From positions 47,245 through 111,244 of the forward strand of contig JBMORA010000034.1 of assembly GCA_049320885.1 (NCBI GenBank): a DNA stretch of 64,000 nt, read 5' to 3'. Below are positions 45,151-55,139 of this stretch, one piece after another. This DNA is from Thermodesulfobacteriota bacterium. GTDB taxonomy: Bacteria > Desulfobacterota > Desulfobacteria > Desulfobacterales > SURF-7. The notes beneath the pieces were generated by a model, which saw only the letters and a list, made by a program, of their open reading frames with translations, did not search any database and was not told the DNA's origin. A program made the translations under genes and the position numbers. Each line of letters opens with the position of its first letter. Position 1 is the stretch's first letter.

Positions 45151-48100
45151 TCAAAGGAAATCCACCAGGCTGAGCTTCATGACCTTGGCGGAAGACGAAA
45201 GCGCCGCCTGGTAGGCCAGTTGATTCTTCTGGAGATCCATGAGAGCCTTGATATAATCGGCATCCTCGATATTGCTGCGGCGCTCGGTCAGACTCAGGTT
45301 GAGATCGATGTTGATTTTCTGCTTGACCTCGATGCGGTTGGCCTTTACACCGGTATCCGCGATGAAGGACTCGATATGATTGTAATGCGTATGCAGGCGG
45401 GTCAGGGAACGCTCGATGCCGCTCACATCGTTGGCTTCCAGGTAGCCCTTCAAATCGATCAGGGTCTGGAAAATACCCCATTCCGTTTGCTTGTCACTTT
45501 CCAGGACCGCGACGCTGTCGTCTTCCGGATTGAATCCCAGGACGCCGGCGGCGCTGGCATTACTGTTCCGTCCGCTCTGCCAGAGGAGATCCAGCTGATC
45601 CAGGGTCACACCGCTTTCCTTGATGGTGAAGGTTCGGTTGGTGGGATCATAGGACACGTCATAGGCAACACCGTGGCCGAAATGCGCGGACTCGCCGTTC
45701 ATGGCCTCCTCCACCGCGGCGGCCAGCTCCGCAAGATTCCGGTATTCCCCGTTGGGTATGACCGCGCACAATTCGCAGGTCTCCCGGGTGTCGCCCCGCC
45801 GGACAATCTCGCGGAAATCGATGCGGTTGTTGCTGTCGTCGATGGTGATGTGGGCCACATACTCGTCGCTGCCCGGCACGGTCACGACATCATCGGTGCC
45901 GTCGAATCCCAGGGTTGCGGCGGCACTGCTTGTCCGGTGGCTGCCCGTTCCCCACAACAGCCGCAGCTCGCTCATGCCGGTGCTTTCGCCGCTGATGATG
46001 AAGCGACGGTTGGCCCCGTCGTAGGAGACGCTGTAGTCCACGGGCGGCGTCAACCCGGAGGCCGCCTCCAGGGCGTTCTCGATGGCCATGGACAGACTGG
46101 TCAAATCCGTATAGGCGCCGACGGGAATGACGGCGGTGCGCTCTCCCGATGTCCGGCCCGTCAAATCGTATTCCGCGAAATCGATCCGGTTGTTGCTGGC
46201 GTCGATGGTGATCAGCACCGCCTGGTTGTCGGCTGCATGGGAACTGACACCCGCGGCGGCATCATCGTCCGGCGCATAAAAGGTGACCGCCGCGCCCCCG
46301 TTGGCGGTGATGGAACCACCGGGCGGAGGCAGCAGGGTCGTTCCGGAAATGCCGCTCAGATCGAACCGGGCGTTGGCGCCTCCGGAGTCCGTAAAATTAT
46401 CAATGCGCAAGGTGGCGTTCTGCAAGGTGAAATCAATGCCCGCCCCATTCAATGCAAAAGTGCCCGCGGTTCCGAAAGCCGCCGTCAACCGGCCTTGAAG
46501 CGCGGTCAGGATGGATTCGTTGGTATCCACAGCCGTATCCACGGTATGGGTGAAGGTCATGGTGCTGCCGGCGATGGTGAAATCCATGCTGATCACATCC
46601 CCGTTTTCCCAGCCGTTGCCCAGCAGATCGCCGCCGACCGTGCCGGCGGCATGCTCCGCATTGTCGTACCCCAGGACGGTGGCGGCGCTGCGGGCATGGT
46701 TCAAGCCGCTGTTCCACAACAAATGCAGTTCATTCAGGGTGGCGCCGGCATCGGCGATGGTGAACCGGCGGGTGACGGGATCATAGTCAACGGCATAGTC
46801 CACGCCATTGGCCGTGGCGGCCTCCAAACGCGCTTCGATCTCCAGGGCCAGGTCCGCCGGACTGGTGTAGCTGCCATTGGTCAATGTCACGCCCAGGGGT
46901 GTGGCGACGCCGGCCACGACCTCTTCGAAATCAATCCGGTTGTTGTCGTTGGTAATGGTGAACAGGGGCACCGGATGATCGCTCACCGGGATCTCCATGA
47001 CATCGTCCGCCAGGAAAAAACCGAGGGTGTCGCCGGCGCTGGTGTCTGCATTGGGGCCGCTCCGCCACAGGAAATTCACCTGGCCCAGGGAAGCGCCGTC
47101 TCCATGAATGGAAAACCGGCTGGTCTCCGGATCATAGGCGACCGTATAGTCGGCCGGGGGCGCGATGGTGGAAGCGGCCTCAAGGGCCGCCTCGATGGCG
47201 GCGCTCAAGGTGTCCATATCGGTATACTCCCCATTCGGTCCCGGACCGGGCGGAATGGTGGCGGTGAGCACGCCGCTGCTGGCGCCGGCGATATCGAATT
47301 CCTCAAAATCGATGTGGTTGTTGGTATGATCGATCATGATCCGGTTGATGGGCGTAACCGGATTGTCACCGGTCAACGCGCGGTAGGTGACATCCCGGGC
47401 CTCCAGGCCCAGATCCACCCCGATGCTGCCCGCCGCGGCATCGGCGATGATGTCGAAGGCGATGAAATCATCGGCCCGGGAAACCGGTGTCGCGAACCGT
47501 ACCCGGATATCGGCGGCGCCGTCCTCGTCCAGATCCAGATCAACACCATCGGCGGTCCCGGTGATGTTGACCGGAAGTTCATAACCCGGATCATTCTGAA
47601 CGATCCAGCCGGTCCCTCCCCAGACCAGCCGGAAAGGCGCGGAACCCAGGGGCGAGGGAGTCGAAATGGTCAGGGCCTCCGGGTTCAGCACCGTAACGCC
47701 GGCATCAAACAGCGGCGCCCCGCCGGCGGTATCGAAGCCCTGGGGATCGAGGGTTGCGGGCCGCGGCGTGAAGGTTTCGCCCAGGGGTGAGTTCACCAGC
47801 ACCGTACCCGGGCCGCCGGTGGAGCCCAGGTCCGTCCCGTTGCCCGCCGTGACGGACAGACCGGCGGCGTTGCCCAGGGCGCCGGCGTTGTCGTCGCTGA
47901 AATTGGCAATGGCGAAGGCCTGGCCGCCGGTGGTCACAAAGGTGAAATCATTACCGTTGCGGCCGATGGTCACCTGGTTGCCGGCGCCGTCACCCAGGAC
48001 GACATGCTCGCCGTTGTTCAAGGCCACGCCATTGTTGAAATGGCGCGAGATGGCGTCGGCGATGGTGGCATTGGTGACAGGACCGGCATCGCCGATGGCG

Positions 48101-49422
48101 TCCATGTCCACCGTGATATTGGCCACCGTGACGTCTCCCAGGGTCAGATCAAACCGGATCACGTCTCCGGTGGTGGTTCCGCCGTTGTAATCAAACCCAT
48201 TGGCCGCGTAATTGCCGCCGAAGGACCCGGCCGCGTTGTTGGTCAGGGTCAGATTGTCGGCATGGATCCGCAGGCCCGAAAGGCTGGTGATGGTCACGCT
48301 GTTTTCGGCGGCAGTCAGCCGGTCGGCGTCGATGGCCAAATCCACGCCGTCCATGCCGGCTAGGGCGCTGGTGAGGGCCGTAAGGAAATTGGCCCGGGTG
48401 GTATCGTTGTCGGCGTCCACGGTGAAGGCCACCGCGGCGGTCTCCCCGCCGGCCGAAAGGGTGAATTCCACCAGATCCCCTGGATCCGCGCCGCTGCCGG
48501 CATCCGCCAGAATGCCGGCGATATCGATTTCCGCCCCGATGCCGGTATTGATGTTGCCGACCAAGGGCTCCCGGGTCGGATCCAGCAGCAGGGTGAACGT
48601 CAGTTCGCCGTCATAGGAGGAGCCGTCCGGTGTGATCTGGAATTTGCCGGTCTCCTCATCCGCGACCACATCATACACAATGCCGTGTCCGTAGGCCTCC
48701 GAGGCCGCGTTCATGGCGTTTCGCACCGCCAGGGCCAGACCTTCCGCCGTATAGGTTCCGTCGGGTATCATGCCCGTCAGCGTGCGCTCCGAATTGGGGC
48801 CGAGCCCTACATCTTCCCGAAAGGTGATCCGGTTGTTGGTATGATCCACCCGGATGGAATCCTCCCAGAAAACCGCGGACCCATCCCGCCCCACTTCCAG
48901 CGTGGCGGTTTTTTCCGTCTTGACGGCAAAAGCCTGGTGGTCCCCCTGGTAGATCACTTTCCGGGGATCGACGGCCCTATCGAAGACCAGGGGTTTGGTG
49001 GTGATCTTGGAACCGGAAAAAATATAGCTGTTGTTGATCTCGGTGTTGCCGATGGCCAGGATCTGGTCCAGCACGCCGTTGACCCGCTCGATGGCGTCGG
49101 CCCGCTGGGCCTCGCTATTGGAGGCATTGATCAGTTGGTTGCTGAGCAGTTGCATATCGAGGATCAGGTCATTGACGCTGGAAAGGGCGCTCTCCCCGCC
49201 GGTGAGCCAGTTCAGACCCGCATCCATGTTCTTGTCGTACTGCGTGATGTTGTTGATGTTGGCCTTGATAGCCAGCACCTGGGAAACCCCCGTGGGGTTA
49301 TCGGACAGACGGTTGATCTGCTTGCCCGTGGTCACCACCAGGTTGCTCTCGCTGAGCGCCCGGGTAAGATTTCTCAGGCGCAATTCCATGGAATCGTATA
49401 TGGTTTTGTTGGTGATGCGCAT
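45151..49422 (-). CDS. flgL: Giant hook-associated protein 3 (1423 aa)
   Basis: MRITN, TGKQINRLSDNP, GN....YIFSG; C-term IEDADY........YQAAL.......SLVDFL. Confidence 0.93.
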   Translation of the reverse strand: MRITNKTIYDSMELRLRNLTRALSESNLVVTTGKQINRLSDNPTGVSQVLAIKANINNITQYDKNMDAGLNWLTGGESALSSVNDLILDMQLLSNQLINASNSEAQRADAIERVNGVLDQILAIGNTEINNSYIFSGSKITTKPLVFDRAVDPRKVIYQGDHQAFAVKTEKTATLEVGRDGSAVFWEDSIRVDHTNNRITFREDVGLGPNSERTLTGMIPDGTYTAEGLALAVRNAMNAASEAYGHGIVYDVVADEETGKFQITPDGSSYDGELTFTLLLDPTREPLVGNINTGIGAEIDIAGILADAGSGADPGDLVEFTLSAGGETAAVAFTVDADNDTTRANFLTALTSALAGMDGVDLAIDADRLTAAENSVTITSLSGLRIHADNLTLTNNAAGSFGGNYAANGFDYNGGTTTGDVIRFDLTLGDVTVANITVDMDAIGDAGPVTNATIADAISRHFNNGVALNNGEHVVLGDGAGNQVTIGRNGNDFTFVTTGGQAFAIANFSDDNAGALGNAAGLSVTAGNGTDLGSTGGPGTVLVNSPLGETFTPRPATLDPQGFDTAGGAPLFDAGVTVLNPEALTISTPSPLGSAPFRLVWGGTGWIVQNDPGYELPVNITGTADGVDLDLDEDGAADIRVRFATPVSRADDFIAFDIIADAAAGSIGVDLGLEARDVTYRALTGDNPVTPINRIMIDHTNNHIDFEEFDIAGASSGVLTATIPPGPGPNGEYTDMDTLSAAIEAALEAASTIAPPADYTVAYDPETSRFSIHGDGASLGQVNFLWRSGPNADTSAGDTLGFFLADDVMEIPVSDHPVPLFTITNDNNRIDFEEVVAGVATPLGVTLTNGSYTSPADLALEIEARLEAATANGVDYAVDYDPVTRRFTIADAGATLNELHLLWNSGLNHARSAATVLGYDNAEHAAGTVGGDLLGNGWENGDVISMDFTIAGSTMTFTHTVDTAVDTNESILTALQGRLTAAFGTAGTFALNGAGIDFTLQNATLRIDNFTDSGGANARFDLSGISGTTLLPPPGGSITANGGAAVTFYAPDDDAAAGVSSHAADNQAVLITIDASNNRIDFAEYDLTGRTSGERTAVIPVGAYTDLTSLSMAIENALEAASGLTPPVDYSVSYDGANRRFIISGESTGMSELRLLWGTGSHRTSSAAATLGFDGTDDVVTVPGSDEYVAHITIDDSNNRIDFREIVRRGDTRETCELCAVIPNGEYRNLAELAAAVEEAMNGESAHFGHGVAYDVSYDPTNRTFTIKESGVTLDQLDLLWQSGRNSNASAAGVLGFNPEDDSVAVLESDKQTEWGIFQTLIDLKGYLEANDVSGIERSLTRLHTHYNHIESFIADTGVKANRIEVKQKINIDLNLSLTERRSNIEDADYIKALMDLQKNQLAYQAALSSSAKVMKLSLVDFL

Positions 49423-49480
49423 ACCGCCCGCCCTTCGTCAACCCGTTAGCCTGGTAGCCCAGACTGTAATTGACCCTGAT

Positions 49481-49532
49481 CCTTCATTCCTAATTCGTAA
49501 TTCCCAATTCGTCATTATCTTCCAATTCGTCA
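49481..49532 (+). repeat. Heptamer array immediately after the flgK stop
   Basis: CCTTC ATTCCTA ATTCGTA ATTCCCA ATTCGTC, plus an 18-bp tandem duplication spanning the stop codon. Confidence 0.85.
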
Positions 49533-52500
49533 TTATCTTATGGACACGATCGTATCCAGCATCTCATCCGACACTGTAAGCAGCTTGGCCGCCACGGTGT
49601 AGGCATGCTGAAATTTCATGATATTGATCATCTCCTCATCCAGGGACACCGCCGAAACGCTGTCCCGCAACTGGCCGATCTGGTCCACCATCACTTCACT
49701 GAATTCCCGGCTGCGCTGGATGGTCTGGGACTTGATCCCCAGGGAGCCCACCATCAGGTTCAGATAATCCCCCAGGGTTGCGCTGAGATTGCCGGCCCGG
49801 GCATCGAGACCACTTTCGAATGACCACTGGGACATGTCACGGGCCGTGTGCTCCACATTACTGATGGCCAGGGCGTTGGTGTTGTCGCCGGTGCTGATTT
49901 CACCGCTCCGGCCGTCTATGGTTGCCGCGGCGATATAGCCCTTGTTCTGACGGATGACGTCGTTGATGCCGATGGTCATGGCGTCGTCGCCGGTAAAAAA
50001 GGTGTTGACCCCCAGCGCGGCGCTCAAGCCCGCGTCACCGGCGCCGTTATCGGAAAAGGCGTAACTGTAAACCCCATTGTCGGGTGAAATACTGAAGGTC
50101 AGGGAACCGTTGTCGGAAACCGCCTGGTTGAAGTTCACCGCAATGGCCCGCAACCCGTCCAGGGAGACGTAAAAACCGTTGTCCAGGTCGAATCCGTCCA
50201 TGGGAATCAGTTCCACGTCATAACCCGGATTGGTGTATTCGGTGATCCCCCATCCGCCGGTGGACGCATACAGGGTATCATTGCGCTCGATGCGCAGGTT
50301 CGGCCAGGCCCGGTCCATGACCTCGTAGTTGCGCGCCGTGATGGTGCAGTTCTGCTCGCAGAAGCCGTCCGATCCGGTAAAACGGACATCAGCGATGTCA
50401 AAGCCGCTCGTATCCGCGGCGAAGGTGATGGCTTCATTGCGGACCGTCGCCTTGACCCCCAGGGTCTGACGGTTGAATTGATCCGCGAAGGATTCCATGG
50501 TCCAGTGCCAGTCCGAAGGCCGATGAACCGTGGCGGTCCCGTTCTCGTCGGTGGCGATGGTGAAGACATCGCCGTCGAAAAGGGTGCCGCTTTCGAATTG
50601 CAGCCGCATGCCATCCACATTGACGATGACCGGGGTCTGGGGTGGTGTCTCCCCCTTGATGGTGAAAGATCCGTAGGTGATGCGGTTGGTCCAGGTGATG
50701 GTGATATCATCACTGCCGATTTCGCCGCCGCCTTCCGGATCCACGGTGAAAATATACATATCGTTGACACTGTTGGCGAACCCCCTGGCTTTGAGGTCCA
50801 AAGGCGCCGCCTGTCCCGTTACGTCCGTATTGAGGGTGAAGGTGTTGCCCGCCACCAGATCGCCGTCGCTGATGGTGAAGGACAATCCGCCTTCATCCAC
50901 CTCGAAGGGACCTGAATCCGATACCGTAATCCGGCCCCGCTGACCGGTGAACACTCCGCCGGAAGTGAATTTTTCCCACTCGATGATCCCCTGGTCGCCG
51001 AAATTCCGGGAGGAAACTGAGTTGGTGGAAGGGTTGTTGGCTGTCAGCAAACGGTTGGCTGGGGCTTCCAGCCGGGCCAGGGTGCCGCCGCCGAAATTGT
51101 CGTCCGAAAAATGGGCCAGCTCGATGGGGGTGCCGTCGTTTTTCAGGATGGATACATGGGTTCCGTGCCGGCTCACCGAATAAACATGCGGATCCAGAGC
51201 TGCGGTCAGGGAAGCGGTGAGCCCGCCGGCGAATTCGATATCCGTATCGTCGCCCGGAGCCACGATATAGCTCACAAACGTGCCGTCCACATAGAAACTG
51301 ATACGGTTGTTGGGATCAAAGCCGATATATCCGCCGTCGCCCCCCAGGGTCAAAACGGAACTGTTCAGATTCACGGGCAAATCGGCCGGATTGTTGAAAA
51401 CACCGCCGGCGGCCCCGGCCACGTTGGACTGAATGAACAAACCCGGTTCCAGAATAATGGTGGCGGTCCCGGTTTTCACAGCGCTGTCGTCTCCCGCTCC
51501 GCCGCTTTCGGTGAGCGGCACACCGTCGAACAACATGGTATCGGTGTTCACCACGCTGGTAAAGGCCACCGCATCGGCACCATCCAGCGTCAAGGTGTCG
51601 GTCACACCGCTGACAGTCACATCGAAACCGCCATCGATGCCCACGGTTTCCGCGCCGTTGGTAAAGGTGAAGTCCGCGGCGTTTTCATCCGTGGCCGTGA
51701 TGGTGACGGACGTACCGTTCAGGGTCACGTAGGCGTTGGTGACCCGGGTATCCAGGCCCCGGTGGAAAGCCGCCGCCACGGCGGCGGCGTTGGTGGTATC
51801 CACCCGCCGCAAGTCCACGGTGATGTTGTCCGTGGCATTCACGGTGAAAGTCACGGTATTGTCGCCGGCATATTGTTCCAGATCCCCGCTGCCGTCGAAT
51901 ACCAGGGTATTGTCTCCCGCGGCCGGATACGCGCTGGTGCCGCCGCCCGCGGCGATGGCGAAGGATTCGTTCCCGCCGGGGCCGGCGGTGAGGGCCGCCA
52001 GATCCACATAACCGGCCGAGGCGTCACCGGTGATGGTCACCACGCCGCCCACCCGGGCCCAGGTGACGCCGATGGCGTTCAGGGCCGCGCCGTTGGCGAT
52101 GAGGGTATTCTCGAAATCCGTGGCCAGGGTGGTCTGATTGGTGTCATCGGTGACGGTATGGGTCATGGTCACGCTGCCCCGGGCCGTGGTGATGGAAAAA
52201 TCCGCCGTGTCGGCATTGGTGAAATTAGCGAAATTGCTCACATTCACCACGGTGTTGACCCCCAGGTTCTGGAAATTGTCCAGGATGGCCACCGCCAGAT
52301 CCTGCACGGCGAAATCCGCAATGCCGATGTTCTCCCCGCTCCGGCTGGTGATGGCGGCGGTGTTGCCAGTGTATTCCACCGCCAGGTCTTGGCCGAAATC
52401 GTTGATGGCGGCCACGGCGTTGTTCAGGGATTCCTGGAAATTGGCCCGGGTTTCGTAATCGAAGGCGCCCACCCGGAAGGCGACATCGGCGCTGCGGCCG

Positions 52501-54026
52501 GCCGAATGGAGGGTGAAACGGATGAGATCATTGGGATCGGCGCCGCTCACCGCGGGCGGCAGAAGGCCGCCGATATCGAGGACGGCGGTGTTTTCAAAGG
52601 CCCGGGCCGTCACGCCGTCCAGGTTGTTCAGACCAGCCACGATGGAGGCGGCCGAGCGCTCCGCATCCCCGCCGTCACGGACGGTCAGGGTCTGGGTCCC
52701 GGGATCACCGCCGAATACCGAAATGGTCTGGTTGGCGATGGCGTTGTCCAGGGCGGCAAGGACGCCGGCACCGGTGCGCACCACCCCGAGACCGGGGCCG
52801 TCCAGCATGACGACATTGCCGTCCACGTCCACCCCGCCGCCGTCCACCACCGTGAAAACGTATTTGAATTCGGAAGCCTCCGGCGCGGCGCCGGTCCACC
52901 CGGTGACCGCCGCATCGGAGATGCCCATGTCCACCGTGGAGGAATCAAAGGCCGGCTGGGAGGTGGCATCGTCCCGGATCCACATGGTAAAATCTTTTGT
53001 ATAGTCGATTTTGGAACCGTAATCCAGGGTATCCAGCAGACCGCTGGCATCGGTTGTATAGGTGCCGGTGAGCGGAATGTCGTAATAGGCCAAGCCGGCC
53101 CCCTGGCTGTGCTGGTAATTGACCGCCCAGATCAGTTCCGAGGCGAGCATGTCCAGCTCGGTGCGGTACTTGGCCACGACTTCATCGCGGATTTCCAGGA
53201 TGCCCCCCAACTTGCCGCTGGTGATCTTGCCGGTGATGTCCACCGTGGAGCCGTAGGAACCTTCCCAGTTGACCTGGCCGCTGATCACGCTGAGCTCATA
53301 GTTGTCGATGCCGTTGACCAGGATGAAACCGTTGGCGGTGGTGACATTGATGGCCCCGTCTTCCTGCGTGAAGGTATGAATGTCGAGGCGCTGGGCCAGT
53401 TCGGTCAACAGGGCGTTGCGTTTATCCACCTGGTCGTTGGCCGTGCCGGTGGCCTGGAGGCGGACCACCTCCTGATTGATGGCCCCGATTTCCGCAGTGA
53501 TATTATTGATTTCGATTACCCGGGCCTCCACCTCCTCGGTGAGGGTTCCCTCCATCAGCGTCAAATCGCTGTTCATGGCATTCAAGCGTTCGGCGATGAG
53601 CTGTCCCTGCTCCACCAGGATGCCCCTCTCCGTAAAGCCCGCGGGGTTGTTGGCCAGATCCTGCCAGGCGTTCCAGAAATCGGACAGGAGATTGCTGATG
53701 CTGCTTTCCGAATTGACATTGAAATAGCCCTCGACGACGCTGACGTAGGTTTCGGCGTCCTCGAAACGGGCCAGGTTGGATTTCTGTTCGATCAGCCGGT
53801 TTTCCAGCATCTGGCTGCTCACCTGGGAAACTTCCTGGGCCTGGACGCCGCTGCCGAACACCAGGCCGCCGAACAGGATGGGGATGCTGCTGGTCAGACC
53901 GAGCATCTGCCGGCTGTAGCTGGGTGTATTGACATTGGCGATATTGTGCCCGGCGACGTTCAGGCCGTACTGCTGGGCCGACAGCGCCGTTCTGGCGATA
54001 TTCAGGGTATGTCCGATGCCGGTCAT
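49533..54026 (-). CDS. flgK: Giant hook-associated protein 1 (1497 aa)
   Basis: LNIA..AL..QQ..L.V.GHNIANVNT..YSRQ, SGKLGG.L..RD; C-term SVSAVSLDEEM.N..KFQ.AY..AAK. Confidence 0.94.
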   Translation of the reverse strand: MTGIGHTLNIARTALSAQQYGLNVAGHNIANVNTPSYSRQMLGLTSSIPILFGGLVFGSGVQAQEVSQVSSQMLENRLIEQKSNLARFEDAETYVSVVEGYFNVNSESSISNLLSDFWNAWQDLANNPAGFTERGILVEQGQLIAERLNAMNSDLTLMEGTLTEEVEARVIEINNITAEIGAINQEVVRLQATGTANDQVDKRNALLTELAQRLDIHTFTQEDGAINVTTANGFILVNGIDNYELSVISGQVNWEGSYGSTVDITGKITSGKLGGILEIRDEVVAKYRTELDMLASELIWAVNYQHSQGAGLAYYDIPLTGTYTTDASGLLDTLDYGSKIDYTKDFTMWIRDDATSQPAFDSSTVDMGISDAAVTGWTGAAPEASEFKYVFTVVDGGGVDVDGNVVMLDGPGLGVVRTGAGVLAALDNAIANQTISVFGGDPGTQTLTVRDGGDAERSAASIVAGLNNLDGVTARAFENTAVLDIGGLLPPAVSGADPNDLIRFTLHSAGRSADVAFRVGAFDYETRANFQESLNNAVAAINDFGQDLAVEYTGNTAAITSRSGENIGIADFAVQDLAVAILDNFQNLGVNTVVNVSNFANFTNADTADFSITTARGSVTMTHTVTDDTNQTTLATDFENTLIANGAALNAIGVTWARVGGVVTITGDASAGYVDLAALTAGPGGNESFAIAAGGGTSAYPAAGDNTLVFDGSGDLEQYAGDNTVTFTVNATDNITVDLRRVDTTNAAAVAAAFHRGLDTRVTNAYVTLNGTSVTITATDENAADFTFTNGAETVGIDGGFDVTVSGVTDTLTLDGADAVAFTSVVNTDTMLFDGVPLTESGGAGDDSAVKTGTATIILEPGLFIQSNVAGAAGGVFNNPADLPVNLNSSVLTLGGDGGYIGFDPNNRISFYVDGTFVSYIVAPGDDTDIEFAGGLTASLTAALDPHVYSVSRHGTHVSILKNDGTPIELAHFSDDNFGGGTLARLEAPANRLLTANNPSTNSVSSRNFGDQGIIEWEKFTSGGVFTGQRGRITVSDSGPFEVDEGGLSFTISDGDLVAGNTFTLNTDVTGQAAPLDLKARGFANSVNDMYIFTVDPEGGGEIGSDDITITWTNRITYGSFTIKGETPPQTPVIVNVDGMRLQFESGTLFDGDVFTIATDENGTATVHRPSDWHWTMESFADQFNRQTLGVKATVRNEAITFAADTSGFDIADVRFTGSDGFCEQNCTITARNYEVMDRAWPNLRIERNDTLYASTGGWGITEYTNPGYDVELIPMDGFDLDNGFYVSLDGLRAIAVNFNQAVSDNGSLTFSISPDNGVYSYAFSDNGAGDAGLSAALGVNTFFTGDDAMTIGINDVIRQNKGYIAAATIDGRSGEISTGDNTNALAISNVEHTARDMSQWSFESGLDARAGNLSATLGDYLNLMVGSLGIKSQTIQRSREFSEVMVDQIGQLRDSVSAVSLDEEMINIMKFQHAYTVAAKLLTVSDEMLDTIVSIR

Positions 54027-54029
54027 GGG

Positions 54030-54533
54030 TTATGCCTCCCGGTGCAGCAACACATTCGCCCGTTCCCTGCGTTCCGGTCCCCGCGGCTTTTCATAGGGCA
54101 CGGCGGGTTTGCCGGCATTGGCGATGATGCCGATGAGTTCATCCAGAACGAGAAGATATTCCTCCACGAAATTCTTGTTGGCGCGGGAAAGAGCGTGGAC
54201 CCTGGTTTTGGCGGCCAGCAGGGCCCGTTGCAGATTGCCGATTTGTCGATCCCGGCGGTCCGGTAACAAAGCGAAAATGCGTTCTTCGCGGAAGGTTTCC
54301 GCCGTCATGCCGTGTTCCACCCCCAGGCGCTTCAGTTCGGCCAGCATTTTGCGCCGCAATAATTCGATATCGCTGACATATTGGTGTTTGCGGTCCGAAA
54401 ACCGCCACAGCGCTTCCACATCGGACCGGATCAGGCTTTCTTTCTCCTGTTCCAATACGTCGATGAGGGAATGATACACGACGATTGTTTCCTGCAACAG
54501 ATTGACCATGCCGTTCGATCCGGTTTCCATCAT
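54030..54533 (-). CDS. flgN: FlgK/FlgL export chaperone
   Basis: Helical; L..E...L...D...L.....K pattern, N..F; position directly upstream of flgK. Confidence 0.8.
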   Translation of the reverse strand: MMETGSNGMVNLLQETIVVYHSLIDVLEQEKESLIRSDVEALWRFSDRKHQYVSDIELLRRKMLAELKRLGVEHGMTAETFREERIFALLPDRRDRQIGNLQRALLAAKTRVHALSRANKNFVEEYLLVLDELIGIIANAGKPAVPYEKPRGPERRERANVLLHREA

Positions 54534-54624
54534 CCATCTCCTTTGCCCCGGCCGGACGGACCGCCGGCTGAAACCCGAAAACCACCCAGCCTTGTCATGC
54601 CCATCCCCCGAGTACTTACCATTA

Positions 54625-54651
54625 TCATCGGTATAACCGCTCCCTTCCTGA
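54625..54651 (-). promoter_or_regulatory. Putative sigma28 promoter for flgN-flgK-flgL
   Basis: Minus strand TCAG-N15-ACCGATGA. Confidence 0.6.
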
Positions 54652-54663
54652 AGCCGTCCCGAT

Positions 54664-54691
54664 CCTTCATTCGTAATTCGTAATTCGTAAT
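54664..54691 (+). repeat. Heptamer array immediately after the flgJ stop
   Basis: CCTTC ATTCGTA ATTCGTA ATTCGTA AT. Confidence 0.9.
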
Positions 54692-54695
54692 GGCT

Positions 54696-55022
54696 TTATT
54701 TGATTTTTTCTTTCAATTCCATATACATGGCCTCACCAAGCCCCATATTCTTATCGCTCCGGGCGATGTCCTCCGAAACCTGCCGATAGTACATGGATTC
54801 ATAGATATCCCGGGCCAGACTGCCGCCGAAAAGATCGCTTTTCGACAAGGAACTGCGCATGCTCTCAAACATCTGGTTCAACATGACCGCCTCGAAATCC
54901 GCGCAGGCCTGCCGGAGTTTGGCCTGCTCCTGCCGCAAATCCTTTTTTTTGGCACCGTCGGCCCGGGACGCGCCACTCGCTGCCCCGTCCGCCCGGCTGG
55001 CCCCGATTTTTCCCGTATCCAT
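54696..55022 (-). CDS. flgJ: Rod-binding protein (single-domain FlgJ)
   Basis: KLRQAC.DFEA..L.QM...MR, GLGE.MY.EL; no muramidase domain. Confidence 0.88.
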   Translation of the reverse strand: MDTGKIGASRADGAASGASRADGAKKKDLRQEQAKLRQACADFEAVMLNQMFESMRSSLSKSDLFGGSLARDIYESMYYRQVSEDIARSDKNMGLGEAMYMELKEKIK

Positions 55023-55081
55023 ACCGCTCTCCCTGTTTGAGTCTTCTGACCATTCACTCCCATGCAACTTACAATTGATCC

Positions 55082-55136
55082 CCATCCACCATCCACCATC
55101 CGCCATTCGTAATTCGTAATTCGTAATTCATAATTG
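55082..55136 (+). repeat. Heptamer array immediately after the flgI stop
   Basis: CCATCCA CCATCCA CCATCCG CC ATTCGTA x3 ATTCATA ATTG. Confidence 0.9.
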
Positions 55137-55139
55137 TCT

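Noticed and set aside
51111..54266. 1051-aa plus-strand ORF over flgK (and 856-aa ORF 45220-47790 over flgL)
   Set aside because: Antisense shadows of well-supported genes.
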